17,221 nucleotides of DNA from Acaryochloridaceae cyanobacterium VAR_48_metabat_390 (GTDB lineage: Bacteria > Cyanobacteriota > Cyanobacteriia > Thermosynechococcales > Thermosynechococcaceae): assembly GCA_031422435.1 (NCBI GenBank), contig JANPLU010000092.1, forward strand, positions 1-17,221, in the 5' to 3' direction. Below are positions 16,897 through 17,221 of the stretch, piece after piece (the stretch's first letter is position 1; each line of letters begins with the position of its first letter). Made by a program: the position numbers and the translations under genes. The notes beneath the pieces were generated by a model. It did not search any database. It was not told the DNA's origin and saw only the letters and a list, made by a program, of their open reading frames with translations.

Positions 16897-17221
16897 ATGT
16901 CTAGTCTCAAGAAGAAGCGAAGAGATCGCGCTCGTGTAGGGTACCGCCCCCTAGCGATCGCAGCCCTAGTGATGGGCGGCACCATCCAATTTATTGCTCC
17001 TGCACTCGCTGGCAGTCTTGATATTGTTAACAAAGCTACTGCCACCTATGGCGATGGCACGACAACCTTTAACGCTACTTCTAATACCGTTACCATTACA
17101 GTCGCAGAAAAAGCTGGCATTACAATCGTGCCTTCTGCACCCAGCAACACAGCTCCCAAGGCAGGCGATACCCTTTATGTTGACTTCACCATTACCAACG
17201 ATGGTGGCGATCCCACACAAC
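16897..17221 (+). CDS. Secreted beta-rich surface protein, DUF11-like Ig domains (partial; not in ORF track)
   Basis: MSSLKKKRRDRARVGYRPLAIAALVMGGTIQFIAPALA|GSLDIVNKATATYGDGTTTFNATSNTVTITVAEKAGITI...GDTLYVDFTITNDGGDPTQ; open to window end; N.ATATY, SNTVT and F.ITN.G motifs. Confidence 0.8.
   Translation, partial: MSSLKKKRRDRARVGYRPLAIAALVMGGTIQFIAPALAGSLDIVNKATATYGDGTTTFNATSNTVTITVAEKAGITIVPSAPSNTAPKAGDTLYVDFTITNDGGDPTQ

Larger units (their letters stand above)
4802..16961. repeat. Dispersed HIP1 octamers (GCGATCGC)
   Basis: Seen at 4802, 4939, 5048, 5703, 6094, 6627, 6885, 7520, 7980, 8612, 9698, 12606, 12754, 13056, 14610, 14879 and 16954 (manual count). Confidence 0.9.

Noticed and set aside
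16966..17220. 84-aa minus-strand ORF
   Set aside because: Antisense to the plus-strand secreted protein starting at 16897.
1..17221. CRISPR array, tRNA or rRNA
   Set aside because: No regularly spaced repeats or RNA-gene signatures seen.

Overview
Cyanobacterial chromosomal window: about 17 HIP1 octamers (GCGATCGC, counted by eye), plus psb28 and a CtpB-type protease. The left ~5.3 kb is an accessory/defence island, and its first 4.8 kb is AT-rich and HIP1-free. It holds the left end of an IS630-type element, an LlaJI/McrC-like nuclease, an McrB-like AAA+ GTPase, an AbiJ_NTD3-domain ORF, an HNH nuclease with a small partner gene, and remnants of putative toxin-antitoxin modules. The AbiJ_NTD3 ORF and the McrB-like frame are in the same reading frame, separated by one TAA, and the McrB Walker A lies upstream of the ORF-track start. 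To the right are tex, tadA, a three-gene chaperone-usher-like fimbrial operon (pilin, PapD-like chaperone, usher-like protein), a glycosyltransferase, psb28, moaB, ctpB and the start of a secreted beta-rich surface protein. Family assignments come from motif recognition by eye; no searches were run.
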